Positions 38,954 to 48,742 are shown, numbered from the stretch's first letter. The stretch: DNA of 53,126 bases from Deltaproteobacteria bacterium (GCA_046583355.1 JAYGCM010000059.1:1-53126); one strand, 5' to 3'. Translations and numbers: made by a program. The notes: generated by a model from the letters alone, not told the origin.

Positions 38954-40215
38954 GTGCGCCGCATGTAGTCAAGCCGTTTTTCAACGTGGTCACGCCGGAT
39001 GAGGCGCGGCGTGCGTTGGCGCGCATCGGGCCGGTCGGCAAAGAACGCGTCGCGGTGGTCGAGGCGTCGGGTCGTGTGGTGGCGGAGCGTCTTGTGGTTC
39101 CCGGCGACCTGCCGGCCTTCGATCGCGCTCATATGGACGGCTACGCCGTGCGCGCGCGCGATACCTTCGGGGCTTCCTCCTCGCTGCCGGCCTACCTGAA
39201 GATGACCGGCGTAGTCGAGATGGGGCGAGCGCCGGAGTCGGCGCTCGCGCGCGGCTGTGCCATGCGCATCGCCACCGGCGGCATGATGCCCGAGGGTGCC
39301 GATGCTGTCGTCATGATCGAATACACCGACGAAGTCGCCGGTGGGCAGGTAGAGATCGGCCGCAGCGTCTCGCCCTGGGAGCATGTGATCCGCATCGGAG
39401 AGGATATCGCCGCCGGCGCGGAGATTTTACCGGCCGGGCGTCGCCTGCGCCCGCATGATCTGGGGGCCTTGACCGGCGTGGGCCTATTGGAGGTCCCGGT
39501 CTACTGCCGGCCGCGCATTGCGCTGATCGGCACGGGTGATGAGATCGTCGACCCCGCCACCGAACCCGCGCCCGGCCAGGTCCGCAACATCAACCAATAT
39601 TCTCTGCGCGCGATGGCGCAAGCGGGTGGTGCCGAGGTTCTGGACCTGGGTGTTTGTCGCGACGACCCGGCTGCGTTTGCCACTATCTTGCGCGAGGCGC
39701 TGGAGACGGCGGACGCCGTCTTCGTGTCCGGCGGAAGCTCGGTGGGCATAAAGGACATGACGCTTGACGTAATTGCTGCTTTGCCCGAGGCCGAGCTGGT
39801 CTTTCACGGCATCTCGGTTGCGCCCGACAAGCCGACGATTCTCGCGCTGGTCGGTGCGGCCGGTCAGCAGCGCCCGATCATTGGCCTACCGGGGCATCCG
39901 GTGAGCGCGTTGGTGATCTTTGCGGTCTTCGGTTTGCCTGTTCTGCGTCTCCTATCGGGGGAGTCGGCGGCCATCGCCTTTGCCCCGCGCACACGCGTCC
40001 GGGCCCGACTCCTGCGCAATATCGACTCGGCGCCGGGGCGTGAAGATTATGTCCGTGTTCGTCTCGGTGCGTCTGGCGGTATGCGGACGGCCGAGCCACT
40101 GCCGGGGAAATCTGCTGCGATCTTCTCCCTGGTGCACGCCGATGGTTATGTCGTGGTGGATTTGAACCGCGAAGGTTTGGAGGCCGGCCGGGATATCGAA
40201 GTGGTTCTTTTCTAG
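38950..40215 (+). CDS. moeA: Molybdopterin molybdenumtransferase
   Basis: PAFDRAHMDGYAV, IATGGMMPEGADAVVMIE, TGDEI, SGGSSVG, GLPGHPVS. ATGA overlap with the nitrilase. Confidence 0.92.
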   Translation: MSAPHVVKPFFNVVTPDEARRALARIGPVGKERVAVVEASGRVVAERLVVPGDLPAFDRAHMDGYAVRARDTFGASSSLPAYLKMTGVVEMGRAPESALARGCAMRIATGGMMPEGADAVVMIEYTDEVAGGQVEIGRSVSPWEHVIRIGEDIAAGAEILPAGRRLRPHDLGALTGVGLLEVPVYCRPRIALIGTGDEIVDPATEPAPGQVRNINQYSLRAMAQAGGAEVLDLGVCRDDPAAFATILREALETADAVFVSGGSSVGIKDMTLDVIAALPEAELVFHGISVAPDKPTILALVGAAGQQRPIIGLPGHPVSALVIFAVFGLPVLRLLSGESAAIAFAPRTRVRARLLRNIDSAPGREDYVRVRLGASGGMRTAEPLPGKSAAIFSLVHADGYVVVDLNREGLEAGRDIEVVLF

Positions 40216-40228
40216 GCTGGGAGCGCTC

Positions 40229-42310
40229 ATGGCACGTAAACGCTATCTTGATAAAAAACCTCTTGACGAAGCCCGTGCCGCGTTGCTGGCGGCGGCCACG
40301 CCCTTGGCCTCGGCCGAGCGGGTGGGCGTCGAGGACGCCCTGGGCCGGGTCACGGCGGGTGCGATCGCTGCCGTCGAGTCCGTGCCGCATTACCATGGCG
40401 CGGCAATGGACGGCATCGCGATCCGCGCCGAGGATAGCTTCGGCGCGAGTGAGGGTCGGGCGATCGAGTTCGAGCTGGGTACACCGGATACGGCCACGCG
40501 CCCTTTTTCCTATATTGATACAGGGAATGCCTTGCCGATCTGGGCCAATGCAGTGGTGATGATCGAGCGTGTCTTCGCCGGCGCCGCACCGGCTGCGGCG
40601 GCCCCTACGCTTGCGCCTGTCGATTCGGCGCCTGCCTTCACGGTAGACGATGGCTGCTGTGGCCCGGACGAGGAGCCTGGGCATGGGCACGGCGAACCTT
40701 CTTTTGCCGAGCCTATCAGCGGCACGGGTGCCCGCCAGGTGCATGTGCGCGCGGCCAGCACGCCGTGGCAGCATATACGCCTGGTCGGCGAAGACGTGGT
40801 CGCCAGCGAGCCCCTGCTGCCGCGCGGGCATGGCATCCGGCCCTACGATATTGCCGCGCTGCTGGCCGCCGGGGTCTACGAAATCGCCGTGCAGCCGCGC
40901 CCGCGCGTAGCGATTTTGCCCACCGGTGACGAACTCATCGAGCCGGGCGAGGACCGCCAGCCAGGCCGCATCGTCGAATTCAACTCGCGGATGATCGCGG
41001 CTTTCGTGCGCGAATGGGGTGGTGAGCCGATTCGGCTTGCGCCGGTGGTGGACGACCCGGCGGTTCTGCGCGTGCGTCTGGCAGAAGCGGCGCGCGAGGC
41101 AGATGTAGTTTGTGTGATTGCCGGGTCCTCTGCTGGTGAACATGATTTCACTGCGGCAGCGCTTGCTGATCTCGGCGAGTTGCTGGCCCATGGTGTTGAC
41201 GTGATGCCGGGCAAGCCGGTGATCCTGGCGCGGCTGGCGCAGGGCGATGGCGGTGCCGGGATCGCCATAGGCATCCCCGGCTATCCGGTCTCGGCGGCCA
41301 TCATCTGCCGCGAATTCCTTGAGCCATTGCTCGCGCACCTGGTTGGCACGGCGATGCGCGACCGCCCGAAGGTGCGTGCGATTGTGCCACGCAAGCTGCC
41401 CTCGCGCCTCGGCCAGGAGGAGTTCGTGCGGGTGACCTTGGGGCGCGTGGCCGAGCGCCTGATCGTCAGCCCGTTGGCTCGCGGCGCCGGTGCGATCACC
41501 ACCATGGTCAAGGCCGATGGCTTCCTGCGGGTGCCGCCTCTGGTCGAGGGCATCAACGCCGGGGAGGAGGTCGAAGTCGAGTTGCTCCGGCCCGAGCAAG
41601 AGGTCCGCGGCACGATTCTCGTGACCGGCAGCCATGATGCGACACTCGGGCTGCTCGAAGACGTGCTCAAGCAGGAGCTTCCCAGCGCCAAGCTCGCGAC
41701 CAGCTCGGTGGGCAGCTTGGCCGGGTTGCTGGCGCTGGGCCGCGGCGAGGCGCATATCGCGGCCACCCACCTCCTCGACCCAGATACGGGCGACTACAAC
41801 CTGCCCGATATTGCGCGCCTGCTGCCGGATCTCCCGCTGCGCATCTTCAACCTGGCCGTTCGGGAGCAGGGGCTCATCGTCGCACCGGGAAACCCTCTCG
41901 GCTTGGCGGCGATTGCCGACCTCGGTCGCGAGGGTCTGCGTTTCGTGAACCGCCAGAGCGGTGCCGGCACCCGAGTCTTGCTCGATTTCCTGCTGGATAA
42001 GAACGGTATGGACCCCGATACCATCGCCGGCTACGACCGCGAGGTCTTCACTCATACCTCGACCGCCGTGGCGGTCTCGAGCGGGCTGGTTGATGTCGGC
42101 ATGGGCGTGCGTTCGGCCGCCGCCGCTCTTGGCCTCGATTTCGTTGCGATCGAGAGCGAAGATTACGATCTTGTTCTGCGCGCGGACTTCGCTGAATCGG
42201 CACCTGGCGAGGCCCTGATTGCCGTCCTGCGCAGCGAGGCGCTGCGCACCGCAATCGAGAGTTTTCCCGGCTACGATACCAGCCGCACGGGCACGGAAAA
42301 GATCCGCTGA
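40229..42310 (+). CDS. moeA: MoeA fused to a C-terminal periplasmic-binding-protein (LysR-substrate-like) domain
   Basis: AAMDGIA, IDTGNALP, PTGDEL, AGSSAG, PGKP, GIPGYPVS, then GSHD, VGSLAGL, FVNRQSGAGTR. Confidence 0.9.
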   Translation: MARKRYLDKKPLDEARAALLAAATPLASAERVGVEDALGRVTAGAIAAVESVPHYHGAAMDGIAIRAEDSFGASEGRAIEFELGTPDTATRPFSYIDTGNALPIWANAVVMIERVFAGAAPAAAAPTLAPVDSAPAFTVDDGCCGPDEEPGHGHGEPSFAEPISGTGARQVHVRAASTPWQHIRLVGEDVVASEPLLPRGHGIRPYDIAALLAAGVYEIAVQPRPRVAILPTGDELIEPGEDRQPGRIVEFNSRMIAAFVREWGGEPIRLAPVVDDPAVLRVRLAEAAREADVVCVIAGSSAGEHDFTAAALADLGELLAHGVDVMPGKPVILARLAQGDGGAGIAIGIPGYPVSAAIICREFLEPLLAHLVGTAMRDRPKVRAIVPRKLPSRLGQEEFVRVTLGRVAERLIVSPLARGAGAITTMVKADGFLRVPPLVEGINAGEEVEVELLRPEQEVRGTILVTGSHDATLGLLEDVLKQELPSAKLATSSVGSLAGLLALGRGEAHIAATHLLDPDTGDYNLPDIARLLPDLPLRIFNLAVREQGLIVAPGNPLGLAAIADLGREGLRFVNRQSGAGTRVLLDFLLDKNGMDPDTIAGYDREVFTHTSTAVAVSSGLVDVGMGVRSAAAALGLDFVAIESEDYDLVLRADFAESAPGEALIAVLRSEALRTAIESFPGYDTSRTGTEKIR

Positions 42311-42348
42311 CAGTCTATGTCCGGCCGTCCGAGCCGGACTCCAGGGAC

Positions 42349-42726
42349 TCAGCGGATCACTTGGATGGTGATGCCGAGATCCAACTTGGCCCAGGCACGG
42401 TCGGCTGTGATGGCCGGAATTGCGTGGCGTTTGGCCAGGGCGAGGCATGCGCGGTCGCCGAGAGAGAGGCCGAGGGCCGCGGTAGCGGGGATCAGTTCGG
42501 CCGCGAGGAGGGCGTCTTCGGCCGCAAAGGGAACGACCTCAAGTGTGGTTCGGCCGATCAGGTGGTGGAGTGCGCCGGCATCGTCACCGACCCGCGCAAT
42601 GCGCCCGAGGACTTCGCTCAGGTTGATGGCCGAGATCCGACTCTGCGAGAGATGTGGCGCGACGGTTTCGTGACCTTCTTCGGTAAAGAGCCAGGCAAGC
42701 AATGCAGAGGCGTCCAGAGCGATCAT
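42349..42726 (-). CDS. vapC: Type II toxin VapC (PIN domain)
   Basis: ALDASALLA, SAINLSEV, GLSLGDRACLALA, TADRAW. ATGA overlap with the antitoxin. Confidence 0.92.
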   Translation of the reverse strand: MIALDASALLAWLFTEEGHETVAPHLSQSRISAINLSEVLGRIARVGDDAGALHHLIGRTTLEVVPFAAEDALLAAELIPATAALGLSLGDRACLALAKRHAIPAITADRAWAKLDLGITIQVIR

Positions 42727-42974
42727 TCGCGCTTGGCTTCGCGGCGTCTCTCGGCGATCAGGTCGTCGGCTGCGGTGCTGGTGCCGTAGTCCGTACAGGA
42801 CTCAGCGACCCATTCCTGCAGGGCCGTGGCGGCCAATGGTGCCGCCGGATCGAGGCAGGCGGTTGATAGGATGGCACGCGCCTCGGCCTCCATGCTTCGA
42901 CCGGCCGAAGCGGCGCGGACGCGTAGCGCCAAGTGGACCTCGTCGGGGAGGTTGCGGACGTTGATCGTTGCCAT
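42723..42974 (-). CDS. FitA/Arc-like RHH antitoxin
   Basis: MATINVRNLPDEVHLALRVRAASAGRSMEAEARAIL; C-terminal DDLIAERRRE. Confidence 0.9.
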   Translation of the reverse strand: MATINVRNLPDEVHLALRVRAASAGRSMEAEARAILSTACLDPAAPLAATALQEWVAESCTDYGTSTAADDLIAERRREAKRE

Positions 42975-42984
42975 ATGGATAGCA

Positions 42985-43028
42985 CCCTTCGCCATCATTG
43001 TAGGCAATGATACCAATGATGGCAAGGG
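42985..43028 (-). promoter_or_regulatory. Sigma70 promoter overlapped by an inverted-repeat operator of the vapBC/fitAB pair
   Basis: Minus strand TTGCCA (43025-43020)-17 nt-TACAAT (43002-42997). IR GCCATCATTG (42991-43000)/CAATGATGGC (43014-43023), with a third partial copy between them. Confidence 0.8.
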
Positions 43029-43097
43029 GTGATACCGCCGTGATCTTCGGGTACCCGGCGGCTCACCAAGTCGCCGGGAAGTGCCGCTGACGGCTGC

Positions 43098-45902
43098 CTA
43101 ATTACTCAGGCATTGCAGCTTGAGGCGATCGCCGTCTTTCTTTTTGGCACCCGCAATTCCGGTTCGGGTCGACATGCGGAGCTTCTCGCCCGACGGGATA
43201 TCGACCAGCATGACGCCGGTGCAGCTCTCCGTGCCGGGTGCCCCCAGCGCCAATCCGCTCAGACCTTCGGTCAGGACGCTGCGGGCGCGCCGATCCGTTA
43301 TTTTGCGGGCACGAGCACTCGGGCGTCGTAGCTCGATGCTGGCCGGCACCTGCGCGGTGCAGCCCAGACGCGAGTCCGCGGCGCCGAAGCAGCCCCAGAC
43401 GCGGAATTGGCAGCCGGATTTTTCGAGGTCGAAATCGCAACTGGGGTCGCCGGCGCGGCAAAGGGCCAGCGGCTTGGGAAGGCCACTCTTCGAGGTCGGG
43501 ATCCCGGCCGCCGAGGTCTCGACCACCCATTCGGCCACGCAATCGGTTTTCTTGCTGCCGCCGCCGGGAATACGCACATCGCTTGGCGTGATCTGGCAGG
43601 AAGAGCTGCAGCGGCTCTCGTCGGTGCCGTTGGCATCGCCTTCGTCGCATTGCTCGCCGCATTCCAGCGTACCGTTGCCGCATTCCTCGATTCGGCAGGT
43701 CGAAGAGCAGCCGTCGCAGGAGTCGCGGTTGCCGTCATCGCAGCGCTCGCCGATCTGCACCTCGCCGTTGCCGCAGATGGCATCGTTGTGCAGGCAGGTG
43801 AGGTTGATTTTATTGCCGACGAGAATATGGCCGGCATCGTCGCGGGCGCCGATGCTCAGCGGTTTGGTCGTTTGGCCGCGCGATCCTACGGGCACATGGA
43901 ACTCATAGCGTTCGGTGCAGGCGCCGGGAGTGGAGAGGCTCGGGCCGCTCTGGAGTGTTTGGGTGCCCGCCTTGACCGTGCCACCAAGCGCCATCAGCGC
44001 GCTGGCGATGGTATCGGCGTTGGCGATATTCACCGCGTCGCTGCCGTAGGCGTAGCGCGGCTTGCGCAGTTTGAGGAATTGGATCGCGCCGGAGTTACAG
44101 CTCGCAAGGTCCGGGTTATCGACCATCACGCAGGTTGCAATATCCCAGGTGCAGCGCCCATCGACTTCATTGTCGGCGTCGCAGCGCGGGTCCCCGTCGA
44201 TACATTCCTGATCGCTGTCGATGCTCCCGGTAAACGAGTTGATCGCCGGGTTGGCGATTGTCAGGTCCCATTCGACGAGGCAGCCGTTGGCGGCCTTGCG
44301 GCCCGGGATGCGCACACCGGAGACTCCGGTCGGCGCACAGGTGGCTTCGCAGCCGTCGCCGTCGTCCATGTTGCCGTCGTCACAGATCTCATTGCATTCG
44401 AGGAGGCCGTCGCCGCAAATATTGTCGATGCGAGAGCAATCCGAGCTACAGCCGTCACAGCCGCGGAGGTTGCCGTCGTCGCAGACTTCGCCCTCGTCAA
44501 TGGTGCCGTCGCCGCAGGCGCTTTCGCAATCCGGCAGATCGAGGTTTTCGGTCAAGACGGCGCTCGGGGTGATCGTGCCGCTCAGAACAGGCGTTACCGT
44601 CTTGTAATGAAAGCGGTTCTCGTAGGAGGCGCGCACCAGACCGGCCACCGTCATAGCGCCGCTGGCACGTATCTCGTTGATGCCGAGACCGGGGTAGGTG
44701 AAGCCGGCGCGCGTATCGAGTTCCGCGCTGGCGGCCACATTCACGATGCAGCCCTGGAGTAGGATATTGCCGCCGAACCCATCGCCGCTGGTGCCCTGGG
44801 CATCGATTTCGCCTAGAATTTCGGTAGTCAGGCCGGAAATGACTTCCACGGTACCGCCACCGCCCGGAGAGGTGAGGTCGGCGTCGGTGAGGGTGGCGTT
44901 TCCGGTAGCCGAGACCGTCAGGCCACCGCCACTGCCGTAGGCGCCGCCGGCCGTAAGGAGCATGGAGCTGCCGCTATGCATGGTGAAATTGGCGCTCGTG
45001 CTGATATCGACCTCGCCGCCAAAGCAGTGCTTGCCGCCGATGAATCGAAGCTCCGATCGCAGGTCGATATCGCCGCTGGCGTTGATCAGGAGAGGCGCGC
45101 CGTCGCCACAGGCTTCGTCGGCTCCGCTGCCGCCGCGCCCGTCCATGCCGCCGAGGATATCGACCGAGCCGAGGAACGCGAGGAAGTCGATCGAGCCGGC
45201 CTCGCCGTCGGGCGGACCGCCTGACGTTTCGATATCTCCCGTGAAGACAATATTTCCTGAATTGCTTTCGAAATCGATCGCACCGCCGCCGAACTCGCCT
45301 CCCTTGGTCGTGATCTCGCTGGATATCGAGATATCTCCTCCGGCCAGCACGGAGACATCGCCACCGCCCGCGCCGCTGCCCGTCGCGCTCGCGAGGATTT
45401 TGCCGGAGAGCATCGCGGCGCCGCCCGCCGCGATGCGGAAGCTTCCGCCTTGGGCATCGAGTTGGCTGGCCGAAAGGTTCACGGTGCCGGCCACGTTCAC
45501 ATCGCCGGTGGCGTTGAGCGTGATATTGCCCGCGATATTATCGTGTACATCGATGGTCGCACCGGACTCGATCGAAATCGAGCCAGCGCCGGCGTTGAAG
45601 AAGACCTGGGCCAGCGGGCCGTCGCCGTCGATCTCGGCGCCACTTCGCATGGTCAAGGACGCGGCGTTCCAGGTGATGCGCCGGCTGACCAGTTCGCCGG
45701 CGGAACCGATTTTGATCTTTGCCGAGGAGCTGAGTTCCACGGCGGTGGTGGCTCCAAACTCAAGTATCGAGTCGGGATCCACGGTATGAGCCCCGCTGAT
45801 CACGCATGGGTTGCCGCTGCAGAGGTCATTGGCGTCGGTTGCGAATGCGGGTCTGGCGGCGACCAGGCTGATGACGGCGATGGCGATAGCGAAGATGTTC
45901 AA
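43098..45902 (-). CDS. Secreted Gly-rich beta-solenoid protein with Myxococcus-type Cys-rich repeats (DUF4215-like)
   Basis: AGGAGG SD then TTG 45902; signal peptide; about 10 GGxVxI repeats; four CG(D/N)G...E.CD(D/E)G...C repeats; duplicated VRIPG...C..EW...GDP.CD domain. Confidence 0.8.
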   Translation of the reverse strand: MNIFAIAIAVISLVAARPAFATDANDLCSGNPCVISGAHTVDPDSILEFGATTAVELSSSAKIKIGSAGELVSRRITWNAASLTMRSGAEIDGDGPLAQVFFNAGAGSISIESGATIDVHDNIAGNITLNATGDVNVAGTVNLSASQLDAQGGSFRIAAGGAAMLSGKILASATGSGAGGGDVSVLAGGDISISSEITTKGGEFGGGAIDFESNSGNIVFTGDIETSGGPPDGEAGSIDFLAFLGSVDILGGMDGRGGSGADEACGDGAPLLINASGDIDLRSELRFIGGKHCFGGEVDISTSANFTMHSGSSMLLTAGGAYGSGGGLTVSATGNATLTDADLTSPGGGGTVEVISGLTTEILGEIDAQGTSGDGFGGNILLQGCIVNVAASAELDTRAGFTYPGLGINEIRASGAMTVAGLVRASYENRFHYKTVTPVLSGTITPSAVLTENLDLPDCESACGDGTIDEGEVCDDGNLRGCDGCSSDCSRIDNICGDGLLECNEICDDGNMDDGDGCEATCAPTGVSGVRIPGRKAANGCLVEWDLTIANPAINSFTGSIDSDQECIDGDPRCDADNEVDGRCTWDIATCVMVDNPDLASCNSGAIQFLKLRKPRYAYGSDAVNIANADTIASALMALGGTVKAGTQTLQSGPSLSTPGACTERYEFHVPVGSRGQTTKPLSIGARDDAGHILVGNKINLTCLHNDAICGNGEVQIGERCDDGNRDSCDGCSSTCRIEECGNGTLECGEQCDEGDANGTDESRCSSSCQITPSDVRIPGGGSKKTDCVAEWVVETSAAGIPTSKSGLPKPLALCRAGDPSCDFDLEKSGCQFRVWGCFGAADSRLGCTAQVPASIELRRPSARARKITDRRARSVLTEGLSGLALGAPGTESCTGVMLVDIPSGEKLRMSTRTGIAGAKKKDGDRLKLQCLSN

Positions 45903-46082
45903 TTGTTTCCCTCCTGGGGAGATAGCGGATTTCTGAGGGGGCAGATGACTCCATTGGCGAGCCGCCGAGGTGTTAGGGGCGGTTACACGGCAGGCGCGGA
46001 AACGAGTCAATGACCATTGCTACCATGGCCTGAAACGTGCGGGCAACAGGGAAATTCGTCCGATATCGGGTCTGCAATGGTG

Positions 46083-46661
46083 TCAGGTATGCATGCGTGG
46101 CAGGTGCCGTGGCGCCCGCGCCAGAACCTGCGCTTCGTGGTGCGCGAGCTCGGCTAGCCGGCGTCGCACGGGTGCCTCGGGAGCGACAATATAGGCCAGT
46201 TCGATATAACTCTGATGGTGGCGCGCCTCGCTTGCCAGCAGGCCGGCATATAGAGCGCATAGCTCGGGGTCGTCGAGTCCCTCGGCAAGCAGTTTCATCC
46301 GCTCGCAGCTGCGGGCCTCGATCAGCGCGAGGCAGAGCATAGTATCGAGGGCTCGCTCGGGCTCACGCGGCCGCACGGCTTCGAGCAGTTCACCGGCATA
46401 AGGGCTGGGCTTGAGTCGCCGAAATGTCACGCCACGACGGTCGAGGTGGCCCAATACGATCTCGAAATGCGCCAGTTCCTCACGCGCCAGTTCCGAGAGC
46501 GGCACCAGCAGGGCCGTGTAATGCGGATAGCGGAAGAGAAGGCTCAGAGCGGTGGAGGCCGCCTTCTTCTCGCAATGCGCGTGGTCGATCAGGATCTCGT
46601 CGATATTCTGACGAGCCTGATCGATCCAGGCGGCATCGGTTTGTGATGCGAGATTCAGCAT
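46083..46661 (-). CDS. miaE: tRNA-(ms2io6A37)-hydroxylase
   Basis: IDHAHCEKKAA, LAREELAHFE, LIEARSCER, LLASEARH di-iron ligands. Confidence 0.93.
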   Translation of the reverse strand: MLNLASQTDAAWIDQARQNIDEILIDHAHCEKKAASTALSLLFRYPHYTALLVPLSELAREELAHFEIVLGHLDRRGVTFRRLKPSPYAGELLEAVRPREPERALDTMLCLALIEARSCERMKLLAEGLDDPELCALYAGLLASEARHHQSYIELAYIVAPEAPVRRRLAELAHHEAQVLARAPRHLPRMHT

Positions 46662-46691
46662 GGGCCTATGCGGGTCTCCATGCCGGCAGGC

Positions 46692-47411
46692 TTACTCCGC
46701 CGCGGCCGGACTCTCCACCTTGCCGGGTGCCTTTGTCTCGATGATCTCCAGCAACTCGACATCGAAGACCAGGGTCGCACCGGGCTGGATATTCGGCGGC
46801 GCGCCGCGGTCGCCGTAGGCAATATCTGACGGGCAGACCAGCTGCGCTTTGCCGCCGACCTTCATCTTCTGCACGCCTTCGGTCCAGCACGAGATGACGC
46901 CATTGAGTGGGAATGTAGCCGGCGTACCACGCTCGACCGAGCTGTCGAAGACCGTTCCGTCAAGCAGCTTGCCGGTATAATGAACTTTCACGCGGTCGGT
47001 CGCCTTGGGGCTGACACCCTTGCCCTCGGTAACCGTTTGGTAGACCAGCCCGGAGTCGGTTTTTTCGGCGCCGGACTTGGCCGCCGCTGCCGTCAAAAAG
47101 GCCTCACCGGCCTTCTTCTCGACCGCCGCACGCGCCTTGGAACGCTCTTGTGCCAGCGCGCGGAACTTCGATCGGTATTGGGCCGCATCGACAGCCGGCT
47201 CGCGGCCCAGGGCACCGTCGCGCATTCCTTGCTGTACAAATACGACCTCTTCCTCGGTGAGTTCAAAAGTCTTCAGATTGTCGCCAAGCTGGAGGCCAAG
47301 CGCATAGAAGGTCTTTTGTTCTTCGTTCTCGAGCGGCAGGTCCGCGCTGAGCGCAGACGAGGAGCTGAGGCCGATGAGCAGGGCGGTGGCGATCAGAGCT
47401 GTTCTTTTCAT
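46692..47411 (-). CDS. fkpA: FKBP-type peptidyl-prolyl isomerase (FkpA/Mip-like)
   Basis: Signal peptide, YALG, SGLVY, VKVHYTGKLLDGTVFDSS, VISCWTEG, AYGDRG, LVFDVEL. Confidence 0.93.
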   Translation of the reverse strand: MKRTALIATALLIGLSSSSALSADLPLENEEQKTFYALGLQLGDNLKTFELTEEEVVFVQQGMRDGALGREPAVDAAQYRSKFRALAQERSKARAAVEKKAGEAFLTAAAAKSGAEKTDSGLVYQTVTEGKGVSPKATDRVKVHYTGKLLDGTVFDSSVERGTPATFPLNGVISCWTEGVQKMKVGGKAQLVCPSDIAYGDRGAPPNIQPGATLVFDVELLEIIETKAPGKVESPAAAE

Positions 47412-47556
47412 TGCATTCTTTCCGACTTCTCTTGGTCGTTTTCGTGGAAGGAGACTACGCGCTGTTGCGACGAAGCGATCCAGCGCATGCTCCAGACTTG
47501 CCTCAACCCATCTCCGGCTGCAACCGCTCGGGCCCGGTATGCTGCGACGTTGAGGC

Positions 47557-47592
47557 AAAAAAAAGGGCCGGAGCGGTTTCCCGCTCCGGCCC
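47557..47592 (-). terminator. Rho-independent terminator of the RGP-like gene
   Basis: Perfect 12-bp stem GGGCCGGAGCGG/CCGCTCCGGCCC, 4-nt loop, 8 U on the minus strand. Confidence 0.9.
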
Positions 47593-47611
47593 CGACGAGG
47601 CTGGCGTTGTA

Positions 47612-48742
47612 CTAGCCGACGGCCTTCTGCGGCGCGTCGGCATCTTCGCGCTCGAAGAGCTGCGACCAGCGTTGCAGACGCGTGAAGGTCTCGATGAAGT
47701 ACTCGCGGTAGAGCGGCGGGCAACGTACATCGTCGGCGATGCTGGTGAAATGATCGACCAGGTGGCCGAAGACGTCCTGGTACATCGCGGCATAGGTGCC
47801 GGGCTTGGCGGCGTCGACGCCGGCGTCAATCATGGCGTAGAAATAAGGCGACATGAGGTGGCCGTAATGCTCGCCGAGGACCTCGCGTTTGAGGTTGCCT
47901 TCTTTGAGATGCTTGCCCACGGGTTCGCCGATCCCGATGAGATCCTGGCCGCCGCGTTTGTGCACCAGGGCCTCGATCACATAACCGGCCCAGATATCGT
48001 CGAAGCGCCAGATCGGGTAATGCTTGGAGATCTCGCGATCCATCGGCATCTGGTAGGCCGCCGGCAACATATCGCGGTGGAAGGCGAAGTTCATCGCGCA
48101 GAAGGAGAACTTCGTCGGGCACTCAGGTGAGCCGACCGTAAGAAGCGGTTCGACCAGCTTGACGTCATTGCGCAGCGCCTCGTAGTCATCGAAAAGGTAT
48201 TTGTCGATGCCGTCGTAATCGAGGACGTTTTTCCACAGGCCCATGACGCAGGTCAGGCGGCCGGTCGCGTCGCTGAATTTCTCTTCGAGCGGGTGGCGCA
48301 ACCAATAGGGGAAGCCGCGCGGGTAGAGGGTGCGGCCGTTTTCGCCGAACTCATTGAGGAACGAGATCGTATTATACCAGCCGTCGACCTGAACATTGGG
48401 CCAGGTGCCTTCGGTGCCGACTGCGGAATAGGCATCCATGAAGTTCGGCGGACAGAAGACATCGTCGTCAAGCGTAATGATGACGTCGTGGTCGGTATGT
48501 TTGTAGATATAGTAGAAGGCGAAGTTGCGACAGGCCGCGGTCTTATGCGGAATCAGGTCGTAATCTTTGCCCATCACCTCGCGTTGGTCGTCATAGGTGA
48601 AGACCGTCATATTGTCGCGGGATTTCTTGATGGTGCCATCGGAGTCGTCGACGACAAAAATATCGACGTCTTCGGGAATCGCGGCGATGCGGTCTGCCTC
48701 GATCGTGCGGATCGAGGGAATGATTACGACGGGCTTCTTCAT
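47612..48742 (-). CDS. RGP / UDP-arabinopyranose mutase-like protein (GT75 family)
   Basis: AACRNF, IITLDDD, PRGFPYWLR, GLWKNVLDYDG, FCAMNFAFHR, RFDDIWAG, in the same order as plant RGP motifs. GGAGG SD. Confidence 0.8.
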   Translation of the reverse strand: MKKPVVIIPSIRTIEADRIAAIPEDVDIFVVDDSDGTIKKSRDNMTVFTYDDQREVMGKDYDLIPHKTAACRNFAFYYIYKHTDHDVIITLDDDVFCPPNFMDAYSAVGTEGTWPNVQVDGWYNTISFLNEFGENGRTLYPRGFPYWLRHPLEEKFSDATGRLTCVMGLWKNVLDYDGIDKYLFDDYEALRNDVKLVEPLLTVGSPECPTKFSFCAMNFAFHRDMLPAAYQMPMDREISKHYPIWRFDDIWAGYVIEALVHKRGGQDLIGIGEPVGKHLKEGNLKREVLGEHYGHLMSPYFYAMIDAGVDAAKPGTYAAMYQDVFGHLVDHFTSIADDVRCPPLYREYFIETFTRLQRWSQLFEREDADAPQKAVG

